Below are positions 20,381-29,713 of a stretch of 64,000 nt of DNA, one piece after another. The stretch is taken from the IMG/VR virus record IMGVR_UViG_3300021400_005597; one strand, written 5' to 3'. A program made the position numbers and the translations under genes. Source of the stretch: an uncultured virus (IMG/VR IMGVR_UViG_3300021400_005597). Its lineage: Duplodnaviria; Heunggongvirae; Uroviricota; Caudoviricetes. How positions within the stretch are numbered: position 1 is the first letter of the stretch; every line of letters starts with the position of its first letter. The notes beneath the pieces were generated by a model, which was not told the DNA's origin, did no database searches, and was given only the letters and a program-made list of their open reading frames with translations.

Positions 20381-21247
20381 TTCTATTAAGAATAATCTGT
20401 ATTTGCCATATGTAAGCCATTCTTTTGTTGTTATGGATAATATTAAGTTAATATAACTGATAAAATTATATGTAGGTAAATATTCTTCCATATCCATATT
20501 ATTTTGACTTATCAAAGTTTGTAAATAATCATCATGTGGCAGATAGAATGAGCCACTATTAAAATCTGTATGATATTTTGTAATTCGTTTTATAAATCTT
20601 TTTCTTATCTGATTTAATTCTTCGTCTGAAAGAACAAGATTTTGGTAATTATCGGCATATTTTTTAGCAGAAAACTTACCAAAGAATATACAATTTAAGG
20701 TCTTTTTAAGTCCGGGATATGCTATTAAGTGGTCTATATCAACAGGGTTACTCTTTTTAGGCTTAAAATCAGATGGATACTGATTTAATTTTATATACTC
20801 CAAATCCATTCTAAAGTTAGAATCAATGGTATCATAATATAAATCTAACCATTTTATCTGTGCGTGTGGGAATTTTGATAATATCTCCCACTCTTTATCT
20901 GCAATATTTAAGTAATTAAAATTATATTCAGAAAACATATCGTGGTACATTTCTGCCTCGTCTTCTGCCCCATTAAGCAAATATTTTACGCATTGGTCTA
21001 TAATTTTACGGCATTGTTCTATTTCAGAGCCATCAAGAGCGATTATTTTTTCATCTATGGCATATAATATACCTTTAATAATTCGTTCCTGATTTTTAGC
21101 ATTCGGGTTATTTTCGTACTTAAATCTTGAGTATTGTGATTGATTGCGAATACCTGCCTTATTACAAACATCCATATCTGTAATAAAAGGACAATAAGTT
21201 ACCCTTTGCATTAAATCTCTAAAATCTTCAGCGTTTATTCTTTTCAT
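20363..21247 (-). CDS. Putative XRE-like HTH protein
   Basis: N-terminal TDMDVCNKAGIRNQSQYSRF...P resembles an XRE HTH; sigmaA-like TTGTTT-N17-TATAAT upstream. Confidence 0.45.
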   Translation of the reverse strand: MKRINAEDFRDLMQRVTYCPFITDMDVCNKAGIRNQSQYSRFKYENNPNAKNQERIIKGILYAIDEKIIALDGSEIEQCRKIIDQCVKYLLNGAEDEAEMYHDMFSEYNFNYLNIADKEWEILSKFPHAQIKWLDLYYDTIDSNFRMDLEYIKLNQYPSDFKPKKSNPVDIDHLIAYPGLKKTLNCIFFGKFSAKKYADNYQNLVLSDEELNQIRKRFIKRITKYHTDFNSGSFYLPHDDYLQTLISQNNMDMEEYLPTYNFISYINLILSITTKEWLTYGKYRLFLIENKGLN

Positions 21248-21351
21248 ATCCTTTGTTCCTTTGTAAATAAAAACCCTTTGTCTTCTAATTATAAATCAAT
21301 ATAACTAAAAAACAAAGGGATTATTTATTATCATTTATTGAATTTTATGGA

Positions 21352-22479
21352 TTATTCTCCAATTTCTTCATCAAGTTCTTTCCTTAATTCGACAATCTTA
21401 TTCTTATAATGCTGTTTCTCTGCTTCAGTAAAAGAACCTTTTTCGATTTCCGGTAATTTTGCTTCCAGATCATTAAGCTGTTTTATAAGATTGGGACGAT
21501 TTACTTTTGATGCAAGTGCATGGAATTTTATTACACAACCATAATTCTTATCACCGCCACCGATAACTTGTTCGAATTCGGCTCTAAAACGGCAATTATC
21601 GTACTTTTCTACAATTTCTTGTGTAGTAACAAGAGGCAAATTGCCAATACATTTACCTTTCCAGTCAATACCGATAGCTGGTTCAGGTGGTCCTTGTGGT
21701 GGTGTATAGGTATATCTTCTTACAGTAAGATTGATAGGCTCTTTATTATTAACTGCCATCTGAAGTTCTTTCAAGATGTCCTGCCTTTGTGTTCCATCAG
21801 GATTTTGGAACATAACGCCTTTCAATCTTGTATCATAAGTCTTTTTAATAATATCCTTATGGTCTGTTAACATGCAAAGATACTGAAGATTTTCTTCGTA
21901 CTGTTTGTTTTCTGATAAAGAAATATGGTCGATATCTTTACCTGTAATCATTTTTTTAGATACAAGTCTTTGGATATCATCTTTATTTAAACAATAAAGA
22001 CAACTTTCAACAAAATTATATCTAAAATCGAAAGTTATTAAGTCTTGCCTCTTCGGAAGATTTACAAGGCATTCTCTTGCAATAGAAAGAAGCGGTGTGT
22101 TATTCACCTTTAATGAATCACTTAAATAAACGGAACTATCTACCAAAGCATTGATTTTATTGGCCAGATTATCAATATTTTCGATAAAGGCTGCTGAATC
22201 AAGCAAAGTATCGGCGTTAGTTGCGACATTTTTAAGGTTTTCATATAAAACTTCTGCTTCTTCTACTGTCTTAAAGACAATTTTTGGTTTCTTCTCAAAT
22301 TTTGAGAACAAATCAAGTGTTTCTAATGTTTGCTTAACAGATAGAAGTTCAAATGGCATAAATGATGAGATATACTGATAACGGTCTGTGGAAATCTTTT
22401 CCTCATACTGTTTTTTAAGCTCATTATACTCATTTAATACATCATTGGCTCTATCTTGATATGTGGTTTCTGTTGCCAT
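21352..22479 (-). CDS. HIRAN-domain protein
   Basis: LKGVMFQNPDGTQRQDIL...EPAIGI...IGNLP. Confidence 0.65.
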   Translation of the reverse strand: MATETTYQDRANDVLNEYNELKKQYEEKISTDRYQYISSFMPFELLSVKQTLETLDLFSKFEKKPKIVFKTVEEAEVLYENLKNVATNADTLLDSAAFIENIDNLANKINALVDSSVYLSDSLKVNNTPLLSIARECLVNLPKRQDLITFDFRYNFVESCLYCLNKDDIQRLVSKKMITGKDIDHISLSENKQYEENLQYLCMLTDHKDIIKKTYDTRLKGVMFQNPDGTQRQDILKELQMAVNNKEPINLTVRRYTYTPPQGPPEPAIGIDWKGKCIGNLPLVTTQEIVEKYDNCRFRAEFEQVIGGGDKNYGCVIKFHALASKVNRPNLIKQLNDLEAKLPEIEKGSFTEAEKQHYKNKIVELRKELDEEIGE

Positions 22480-22531
22480 ATCATATCTCCTTTTTATCTG
22501 TTGTTATATGTAAATTATTTTGTAAAAAGTA

Positions 22532-23359
22532 TTATAACTTATCGAAACCAATAATTTGGAGATTGTCTGCATTTCTTAAAACTCTGATATCAATGAGTTC
22601 TCTGTCGCTTTTGCCACAGATTTGGTCATATTTAATAAGTTCATTAAAGAATGCTTCCCAATTAGGGATATTAAAGGTTTCACAACACTTTTGTAAGTTA
22701 GCTTCTTTTGAAAGGTTGATGTCAAAGGTTGTATTATATAAATGGTCAAATGGAATGGACTCAACCTGTTCAGATGTTGATGACTTTGTAAAAGCAAAGA
22801 GATGACTGCATAAAATTACAGGGATTCTTTCTTTTACAATGGTAATGTCGTTCTTAAGTGCTGTTCTGTAATAATACAACTGATTTTGGATATTAGAGTC
22901 AATTGTACCAATCTCATTTTCTTTGTTTTTATACCAGATACACTTATTTGTTCCCGATAATGTAAGATTTGGGGAATCGTTAAATGGTGCTTCATAATCT
23001 TCAGGATCATATAAAGCAAGGTAGATATCGTCATTGAAATACTCCCAATTATTATATGGAGAGATATTTTCCCAAGTATCGGTATCTTTGCATTTAAGCC
23101 AATAACAGTCTTCTAAAGAACGCATAGAATGGGAAATGAATAAAGAAGAACCATAAAATTCTCTAATAGATGATAAATCATCTCGTTTAAACGATACTTT
23201 CCTAAGCATTAACCATCTGCCAAGAGACTGTTGTAAATTGTTGGTATTTTCAGGTAAATACTGCTCATTGTACACTTCCATAATGCTTTCGAGCATATTC
23301 TGTTCATCTACTTTGATTTTACAGACCGGAATGTTCTTGTGCATTAAAGTTTTAATCAT
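22532..23359 (-). CDS. HipA-like kinase homologue, probably catalytically dead
   Basis: TLMHKNIPV, SLEDCYW, SPNLTLSG, LRNADNL typical of Firmicute HipA-like proteins; DRHxxN replaced by DRELID; start 23359 after AAAGGA. Confidence 0.6.
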   Translation of the reverse strand: MIKTLMHKNIPVCKIKVDEQNMLESIMEVYNEQYLPENTNNLQQSLGRWLMLRKVSFKRDDLSSIREFYGSSLFISHSMRSLEDCYWLKCKDTDTWENISPYNNWEYFNDDIYLALYDPEDYEAPFNDSPNLTLSGTNKCIWYKNKENEIGTIDSNIQNQLYYYRTALKNDITIVKERIPVILCSHLFAFTKSSTSEQVESIPFDHLYNTTFDINLSKEANLQKCCETFNIPNWEAFFNELIKYDQICGKSDRELIDIRVLRNADNLQIIGFDKL

Positions 23360-23441
23360 ATCTTTGTTCCTTTCTGGCATAGTGCCAATATAATACTGTA
23401 TTATATGTAAAAAAATAATCTTAAATTTTATAGGCAAAAAA

Positions 23442-23474
23442 TAAAACCACAAAGCATTTAACTTTGTGGTTTTA
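23442..23474 (-). terminator. Intrinsic terminator after dnaE
   Basis: TAAAACCACAAAG/CTTTGTGGTTTTA perfect 13 bp stem. Confidence 0.75.
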
Positions 23475-23477
23475 AAA

Positions 23478-26400
23478 TTAGATTTCTTCGATACATTCTT
23501 CTTCAGGTAAATCGGTTAAAACCTTTTTTTCCATATTCATATGCATCTCTTGTAAAAGTTTGTCAGTATCCATTTGCGAGTCATCTCGATTCTTTTTATA
23601 TCTTGATGTATCGCCCATTTTATTTATGGTTTGTATGGTGTCAGCTTCTTTACAGACGAAGAATCTCTGACTTTCAGGGGTAACAGATACATTTACTATT
23701 GTACTGCCACCATTTTCAATCTTCTCACAAAAATCATTAGCTAATCGTCTTTTAATTATTTGTCCGTTTTTATCCATTAACTGAACGGTTCTAAAAGCAT
23801 TATTTGATTTTGTGAACGATACCGGCTTTTTATCGCCAAACTTTTCAGATGGCATTGTGTAAACAAGGCATTTGATATTAAGTTGTGTATCTTTAAGGTC
23901 TGAGAATGATAAATCAAACTCATTTGTGGCATTTTTAAGTCTGTCTAAGTCTTCTTTATAATCAAAGACCGTATTAAGGTACTCGAGTTCTTTCTTACGG
24001 TTATAAAGTCTGTCCAAAGGTGATGCTTTGTAAAGAAGAAATTCGTCTAATGTCTTAACCTCAGGGTTTTTGAATGTTTCCATATCGGGCATTATTGCAT
24101 CTTCATTCTTTTTACCTTGTGGGCCTACTTCAATAAGCAACCTGAATTTCTCTGATGCATTATCAAAGTTTTTCTTTGCTTCATTATACTGAGCCAAGGC
24201 TTCCTGATAATTAAGGATTTCTTCATAGGCTTTACTACCATTAAATTCTTTTTCATATTTAGCCTTTAATTCATTGAGATTTTGTTCTGCTTCTTTTAAT
24301 GTAGTATTGTTTTTGCAGACATTTTGATATGCTGGAGCATATCTTTCAACCCATGTAACTAATCTCTTTCTGTCGTTTGCAACAAGTTCTGCTTCAAAAC
24401 GGTTTTGTACTTCACTCTTATACAACCATCTTTGCTTAAACATACCAAGTTCAGCGAACTTTGTAATGGCTGACAAAGTTGCATTAGGATTTCTATAAAT
24501 AAACTCCTGAATACTGTCTGTCGGAATATAATCAGCCTCGCCTAAACCTTTTATCATAGCAAGACCAAATCTTACACCTGTTTTGCCATTTACGGTTTCT
24601 GTACTGAAATAGTTCTTTGAATGTTTAAGGTCTGGTGGGAATACTTCTACATTTTTTTGTTGCATCTCTGTAAAGAAGTTAGTAAATTCATCAAGGCTCT
24701 TTGCTGCATTTAATGATGAACGGTAGAAATCTTCTTTATGATATTCCTTTAAGTAAGCGGTAAATAAGGCTATCTGAGCATAAGCAACAGCGTGGGATTT
24801 ATTGAAACCATATTTAGCAAATGGCATCATCTGTTCAAACAAATCTTCTGCCTGTTCTTTCGTAATACCCTGCTTTTTCATACAGCCTTCGATATTACGC
24901 TTTGGATCGCCATAAATGAACGCTTCTTTTTCGTGGGCAAGTTTATCAACTTTCTTTTTGCTCATATATCTACGCACAATATCAGCACCACCAAGAGAAT
25001 ATCCTGCCATATCACGGAAGATTTGCATAATCTGTTCCTGATAAATAGGACAGCCATATGTATTCTTAAGGATATTATTTAAGGCTTCGCAATCAAGTGT
25101 AATACTCTTTGGTGGGACATCTTTTACTGAGCCATCAGGATTGTAGAATGCTGAATTTTCTTTCTTTTCAAAAGGAACTTCAGTATTTTGGCTTAATGGG
25201 AAGATTTCCTTAATTTTTTCCTTATATTCATCTAGTGATAATACATTATGCCACTTTGTAGCAATTATTTCAGGAATATAATTAAGCGGTCCAGGTCTGT
25301 ATGCTGCATTTAAGAGTACAAGGTCGTCGAATTTATCCGGCTTAAATTTAATAAGCATATCTTTCATACCCGGAGACTCAAACTGAAATACGCCTTGTGT
25401 TAAGCCTTTATCAAAGATATTCTCAAAGATTTTACTATCTGATGCTATCTGGTCTCTTTTTGAATAATCCTGCAGGGAATAATCAATATTATTTTTATCA
25501 GACGGATCTTTTGTAATTTCTGTGATAATATCAAGGTTTTTAAGGCCTAAAAAGTCCATTTTAAGTAAGCCCTTGGCTTCTGCTTGTGCCATCTGGCATT
25601 GTGTAGAGTAATTATCCTTTGTAGCGTTATGGTATAAAGGAATAATATCTCTTATCGGATCCTTTGAAATGATAACACCAGCAGCGTGCTGTCCATATCC
25701 CATAAAGATGCCATCAACCTGAATAGCAAGTTTAAGAATTTGCTGGCTTAAAACATCGCTGTATTTTTCTCTTAACATATTAAAGATTTCATTACCGTTG
25801 ATGTTTCTTTCTTCACCATTTTCAGTTATCTTCTTTTTGGCAAAGTTCTGATAATCCTTGGATAATTCATCTGCTTTTGATAAGTATTTCTTTTTAGTGA
25901 TGTTTTCATATTCATTTTTATCAGATGTAGCTAAATTAGGATTTTTCTCCAGATATTCATATATATCCTTTGAAAGCAGATATCTTGCGGCAAGACGGAT
26001 ATTACCTGTACTCATTCTATTATCTTCTTCTGCATCCTTGTCTTCATCTGCTTTGGACTCGTTATAGAGCTTTGTAATAATACGGCATACTTTGTCTTCA
26101 CCATATTTATTTTGGGTATATTCGAATACTTTTTCACGGATATCTGTCTTAAAATCAGAATCAATATCTGGCATTGATACACGCTCTGTATTAAGGAAAC
26201 GCTCAAAAAGGAGTCCATGTTTAATTGGATCGATGTCAGTAATACCGAGTAAATAACAAGCAAGAGAACCTGCTGCTGAACCTCTGCCCGGTCCTATACC
26301 CATACCAATACGGCTATATCCGTTTTTATCGATGTATTCCTCTAATTCAGGGATAGATAATGGAGCATCTGCTATTGCTTTAGCATTAGGTAAATAGCCA

Positions 26401-27887
26401 AGTAATCTTCCATATCTTAAATAATCTTGCACAATTAAGTGATAACTTGCATAGCCCATATTGCAGATTACATCAATTTCTTTATTAAGTCTTTCCTGAT
26501 ATTCAGGAGTAAGACCATTCGGGAATTTTTCCTTAACGCCTTCATATACAAGACGAACAAATTCTGCATTTTCATTTTCACAGAACTTTGGATAATGGTT
26601 ACTCTTATCAGGGAATTCTACTGAACACTCTTTAAGACTGTTCTCGATATTTGCAATAGCACTATCTACTATCTGCTCTTTGGTTAAATCACCGTGGTCT
26701 GTGATAATTTTTAATAATTCGGCTCTTAATTCTTCGTCATTTTTAATGCAGTATTCAGGATCATCTTTGGTTTGTGGCTGATACTGATTAAAACGGCGGT
26801 ATTTTTCCACATTTCTTTTAAGTAATTCATTTTCATACTGTTTACTTCTTTTTGTAACGCCAATATGTACATCGTTAGATGCAATAAAATGTGGGTTTCC
26901 AACCGAAATGGCGAAATCTACAATGTTATTATAGATAATCTCTTCGGTTTCCAAGCCATGATTTTGCAGTTCAAAATAAAAATCATTTTTACCGAAGATA
27001 TTTTCAAGTTCTTTGTAAAGGGCTGTGTTTTCTTTGAGCACTTCGGCTTTGTATTCTTCTGAATTAAGTTTGTCTAATTCAGCCTTAAGTTCATCGTGTT
27101 TCTCATTATATTTTAAGATATTCTTATACGCTTTTTCTAACTCTTTAATGTTATTTTCTTCTTCAATAACTTTCATCTGTTCCTGAGCTTCGTCATAGCG
27201 TTCTTTTGCCCTTTCCCATTTCTTTAAGGAAGAATCATCACCTGTGAGTTTGAACTCTTTATTCGCAAGGTTGTAGTCTTTTTTAAGTGCTCTTGGTGTT
27301 TGTTTTAAGAATAAATAACTTTTATACTTTTCAGCATTAACTTCGTCATTTTTATCAACAGATTTCTCTAATTTACTGAGTTTTTCTTTTACTCTGTTTT
27401 CATCAAGCCCCATATTCTGTCCAAAAATACCTGCAATACAGGCTGATGTACAAAATACATGTCCTTTGGAGATGTTCTTTCTAAGAATATCCAAATCCAT
27501 AATAGGCTGATCTTTTTCATTAGTATTAAAAGCAGAGTCAGAAATTGCTCTTGATAATGACTGGTAACCTTCATAATCCTTGGCAATTAAAATCATATGT
27601 TTTTTCTTATCACCAAAATAGCACTCTATACCCGGGATAATCTCAAAATCAAGTTCAGGCTTCTTTTGTGTGCCATTTGCTTCAGCTTTTTCATTAAAAT
27701 CTTTTATTGCTTTCTTTTTATTGTTTACGATATCTCTTAAATCTTCAAATTCGGTGAAAACACCGTGTCCTGTTGCTGCAACTTTCTTACAACCTTCGCT
27801 AATATAAGAGTTTATGGCTAAATCCATATTGGTTGTTGCGTCAAAGTTATCTTCAAAATGTGAGTGAATTGAACCATACATACGCAT
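23478..27887 (-). CDS. dnaE: DNA polymerase III alpha subunit (DnaE-type) with insertions
   Basis: PHP domain (HSH, GIECY, SNDVH), GPGRGSAAGS, FERFLN, MPDIDSDF, KMDFLGL, GVFQFES, YQEQIM, YGFNKSHA. Confidence 0.95.
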   Translation of the reverse strand: MRMYGSIHSHFEDNFDATTNMDLAINSYISEGCKKVAATGHGVFTEFEDLRDIVNNKKKAIKDFNEKAEANGTQKKPELDFEIIPGIECYFGDKKKHMILIAKDYEGYQSLSRAISDSAFNTNEKDQPIMDLDILRKNISKGHVFCTSACIAGIFGQNMGLDENRVKEKLSKLEKSVDKNDEVNAEKYKSYLFLKQTPRALKKDYNLANKEFKLTGDDSSLKKWERAKERYDEAQEQMKVIEEENNIKELEKAYKNILKYNEKHDELKAELDKLNSEEYKAEVLKENTALYKELENIFGKNDFYFELQNHGLETEEIIYNNIVDFAISVGNPHFIASNDVHIGVTKRSKQYENELLKRNVEKYRRFNQYQPQTKDDPEYCIKNDEELRAELLKIITDHGDLTKEQIVDSAIANIENSLKECSVEFPDKSNHYPKFCENENAEFVRLVYEGVKEKFPNGLTPEYQERLNKEIDVICNMGYASYHLIVQDYLRYGRLLGYLPNAKAIADAPLSIPELEEYIDKNGYSRIGMGIGPGRGSAAGSLACYLLGITDIDPIKHGLLFERFLNTERVSMPDIDSDFKTDIREKVFEYTQNKYGEDKVCRIITKLYNESKADEDKDAEEDNRMSTGNIRLAARYLLSKDIYEYLEKNPNLATSDKNEYENITKKKYLSKADELSKDYQNFAKKKITENGEERNINGNEIFNMLREKYSDVLSQQILKLAIQVDGIFMGYGQHAAGVIISKDPIRDIIPLYHNATKDNYSTQCQMAQAEAKGLLKMDFLGLKNLDIITEITKDPSDKNNIDYSLQDYSKRDQIASDSKIFENIFDKGLTQGVFQFESPGMKDMLIKFKPDKFDDLVLLNAAYRPGPLNYIPEIIATKWHNVLSLDEYKEKIKEIFPLSQNTEVPFEKKENSAFYNPDGSVKDVPPKSITLDCEALNNILKNTYGCPIYQEQIMQIFRDMAGYSLGGADIVRRYMSKKKVDKLAHEKEAFIYGDPKRNIEGCMKKQGITKEQAEDLFEQMMPFAKYGFNKSHAVAYAQIALFTAYLKEYHKEDFYRSSLNAAKSLDEFTNFFTEMQQKNVEVFPPDLKHSKNYFSTETVNGKTGVRFGLAMIKGLGEADYIPTDSIQEFIYRNPNATLSAITKFAELGMFKQRWLYKSEVQNRFEAELVANDRKRLVTWVERYAPAYQNVCKNNTTLKEAEQNLNELKAKYEKEFNGSKAYEEILNYQEALAQYNEAKKNFDNASEKFRLLIEVGPQGKKNEDAIMPDMETFKNPEVKTLDEFLLYKASPLDRLYNRKKELEYLNTVFDYKEDLDRLKNATNEFDLSFSDLKDTQLNIKCLVYTMPSEKFGDKKPVSFTKSNNAFRTVQLMDKNGQIIKRRLANDFCEKIENGGSTIVNVSVTPESQRFFVCKEADTIQTINKMGDTSRYKKNRDDSQMDTDKLLQEMHMNMEKKVLTDLPEEECIEEI

Positions 27888-28050
27888 AATATAAATACTC
27901 CTTTTATTTAATAATCGTATCTATATATGTAAAAAAACAAAAAATAAATAAGGCAACCATATTAGTTGCCTTAAAGATTATTTATATATTTTTTAATAGT
28001 TAGTGAATAAAAATCTAAATTAAGTGCTTTATCTTGAGCCAGAATTATTA

Positions 28051-28398
28051 TTATAAACTACCATAATTTTGTCCCTCCAAGAGTTCTAACCAGCAATCAT
28101 CTTCTGCTAAACGGCCGTTAGTTTTGAAAACGATATCTAAAGGATTATAAAAATCTAATCCAAGTTCTCTTAATACTTCTTTGCAATGATCTCTGTTTTT
28201 AGGGAAACAGCGAGATTCTAAGAAATCTTCGAAATCATCGAAAGTCGGAGTTTCATTTACACCAAAGGCACGAAAAACCAAGTCATCTGTATAATTGGTT
28301 ACTTCGACTTCATTGGTTCTATAATCAACCCAAATAACAGATGATAATTTATCACCATTATAATAATTGATTTTTAAGAGATTTTCTTTATTTGTCAT
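28051..28398 (-). CDS. HipA N-terminal-like small protein (paralogue 1)
   Basis: FLESRCFPKNR...LGLDFYNPL...TNGRLAEDDCW; start 28398 after AGGAG. Confidence 0.6.
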   Translation of the reverse strand: MTNKENLLKINYYNGDKLSSVIWVDYRTNEVEVTNYTDDLVFRAFGVNETPTFDDFEDFLESRCFPKNRDHCKEVLRELGLDFYNPLDIVFKTNGRLAEDDCWLELLEGQNYGSL

Positions 28399-28450
28399 TG
28401 AGTTCTCCTTTTTCCTAATTATATATGTTAAATAAAAATTGAAAAAATAT

Positions 28451-28759
28451 TCATTCCTCAACAATAGTTAAAGTGAAGTTGTCTTCGCTCATTCTGCCAT
28501 TAGTAACACTAATAATATTTAATGGATCGTAAAAATCAAGGCCAAGTTGCCTTAATCTAAGTTTTTGTCCATCGGCATATCTTGAGAAGCATCTTGACTC
28601 TACGAATTCCATAAAATCGGCATATGTAGGATTTTCATTTATGCCAAATGCTCTATCAAGTGGTTGGTCTGTAAAATTTGTAATATTAACTTTCTTTGAG
28701 CCAAGGTCAGCAGTTATTATAGTACATAATCTATCACCATTTTTATATTCAAGTTTCAT
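28451..28759 (-). CDS. HipA N-terminal-like small protein (paralogue 2)
   Basis: RAFGINENPT..FVESRCF...LGLDFYDPL...TNGRMSED; clearly homologous to neighbour. Confidence 0.6.
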   Translation of the reverse strand: MKLEYKNGDRLCTIITADLGSKKVNITNFTDQPLDRAFGINENPTYADFMEFVESRCFSRYADGQKLRLRQLGLDFYDPLNIISVTNGRMSEDNFTLTIVEE

Positions 28760-28826
28760 AGTGTATCTCTTTTTGCTTTATTATAACATATCTGTTAATA
28801 GTATATGCTAAATAAAAAATCAAACT

Positions 28827-29702
28827 TTATTCATCACTAGGTAATTCTTCGTAATTTTCTTCGATCTGTTTTTCGATTTTTTCCATATCTACTGTTATAT
28901 TGTTAGTGGCAAGTAAAGCTGCTGAATATACAAACTGTGAGTATGTTTCATCAAAATAATCGGCTTTAGATATGTATATTGGATAGGTTTCCATTCCATC
29001 AAAGAAAGTAATGTCTCCGTTATAATCGCTAAATGTGTGGACAGAAACCATATTATCAGATATTTCAAAATATTGAAGACATCTTTTACTTTTTCTGTCG
29101 ATATAGACATAGTTTTCTGTTTTATTTGCTTCAACATGCACGATATCTATTGTTTTGCCATCTATTTTAATTGTATCAAGGTATTTAGCATATGATATGT
29201 TATCAAGGCTTAAATTAAGGGTATATTTGTCTATAATGGTATCAGAGTTATCAACCAAAAAGGCTTTGGTTATATCTGCATCTTCATATGATATTAAGCC
29301 GTATAACTGTCCGTTTTTAAGGATTGTTCCAAACTGTGAGTTGCCCCAGGTAAAGAATGATGACTGATTATCTTTATCTACGATGATATCTTCGTTTGCC
29401 AGAGCCTTAACTTTCATTACATCAGGATTGATGGTATAGTTATCGTCCATTGTAATGCTTTGATAAGAAACAGTTGAAAGGTCTGTATCATAGGCAACAA
29501 TATTGCATTTAATATTTTCGCTAGGAATAATGGTATCTGCGTAAAGATTAAACCATTGTGTTTTATATTTAGTTGTACCTATAAAATTAGTATAGACTAA
29601 AAATACAGCAAAGCCCGAAATTACCAAGGCAATCAGGATTAGTACCCAAAAATCTTTTATAAAGGCTTTAATTACATCAAATATAAGTGTTTTTGTTTTC
29701 AT
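28827..29702 (-). CDS. Membrane-anchored hypothetical protein
   Basis: N-terminal TM helix. Confidence 0.6.
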   Translation of the reverse strand: MKTKTLIFDVIKAFIKDFWVLILIALVISGFAVFLVYTNFIGTTKYKTQWFNLYADTIIPSENIKCNIVAYDTDLSTVSYQSITMDDNYTINPDVMKVKALANEDIIVDKDNQSSFFTWGNSQFGTILKNGQLYGLISYEDADITKAFLVDNSDTIIDKYTLNLSLDNISYAKYLDTIKIDGKTIDIVHVEANKTENYVYIDRKSKRCLQYFEISDNMVSVHTFSDYNGDITFFDGMETYPIYISKADYFDETYSQFVYSAALLATNNITVDMEKIEKQIEENYEELPSDE

Positions 29703-29713
29703 TATTATCCTTC

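Noticed and set aside
23360..23452. Longer N-termini given by the ORF track (also 18297, 28464, 35122, 51362, 55701, 56245, 60082)
   Set aside because: Downstream ATGs have proper RBSs, and the extensions run through promoter, terminator or neighbouring gene sequence
26980..27430. Intein in dnaE
   Set aside because: Insert is Lys/Glu-rich and helical, with no C...HN splice junctions or LAGLIDADG motifs
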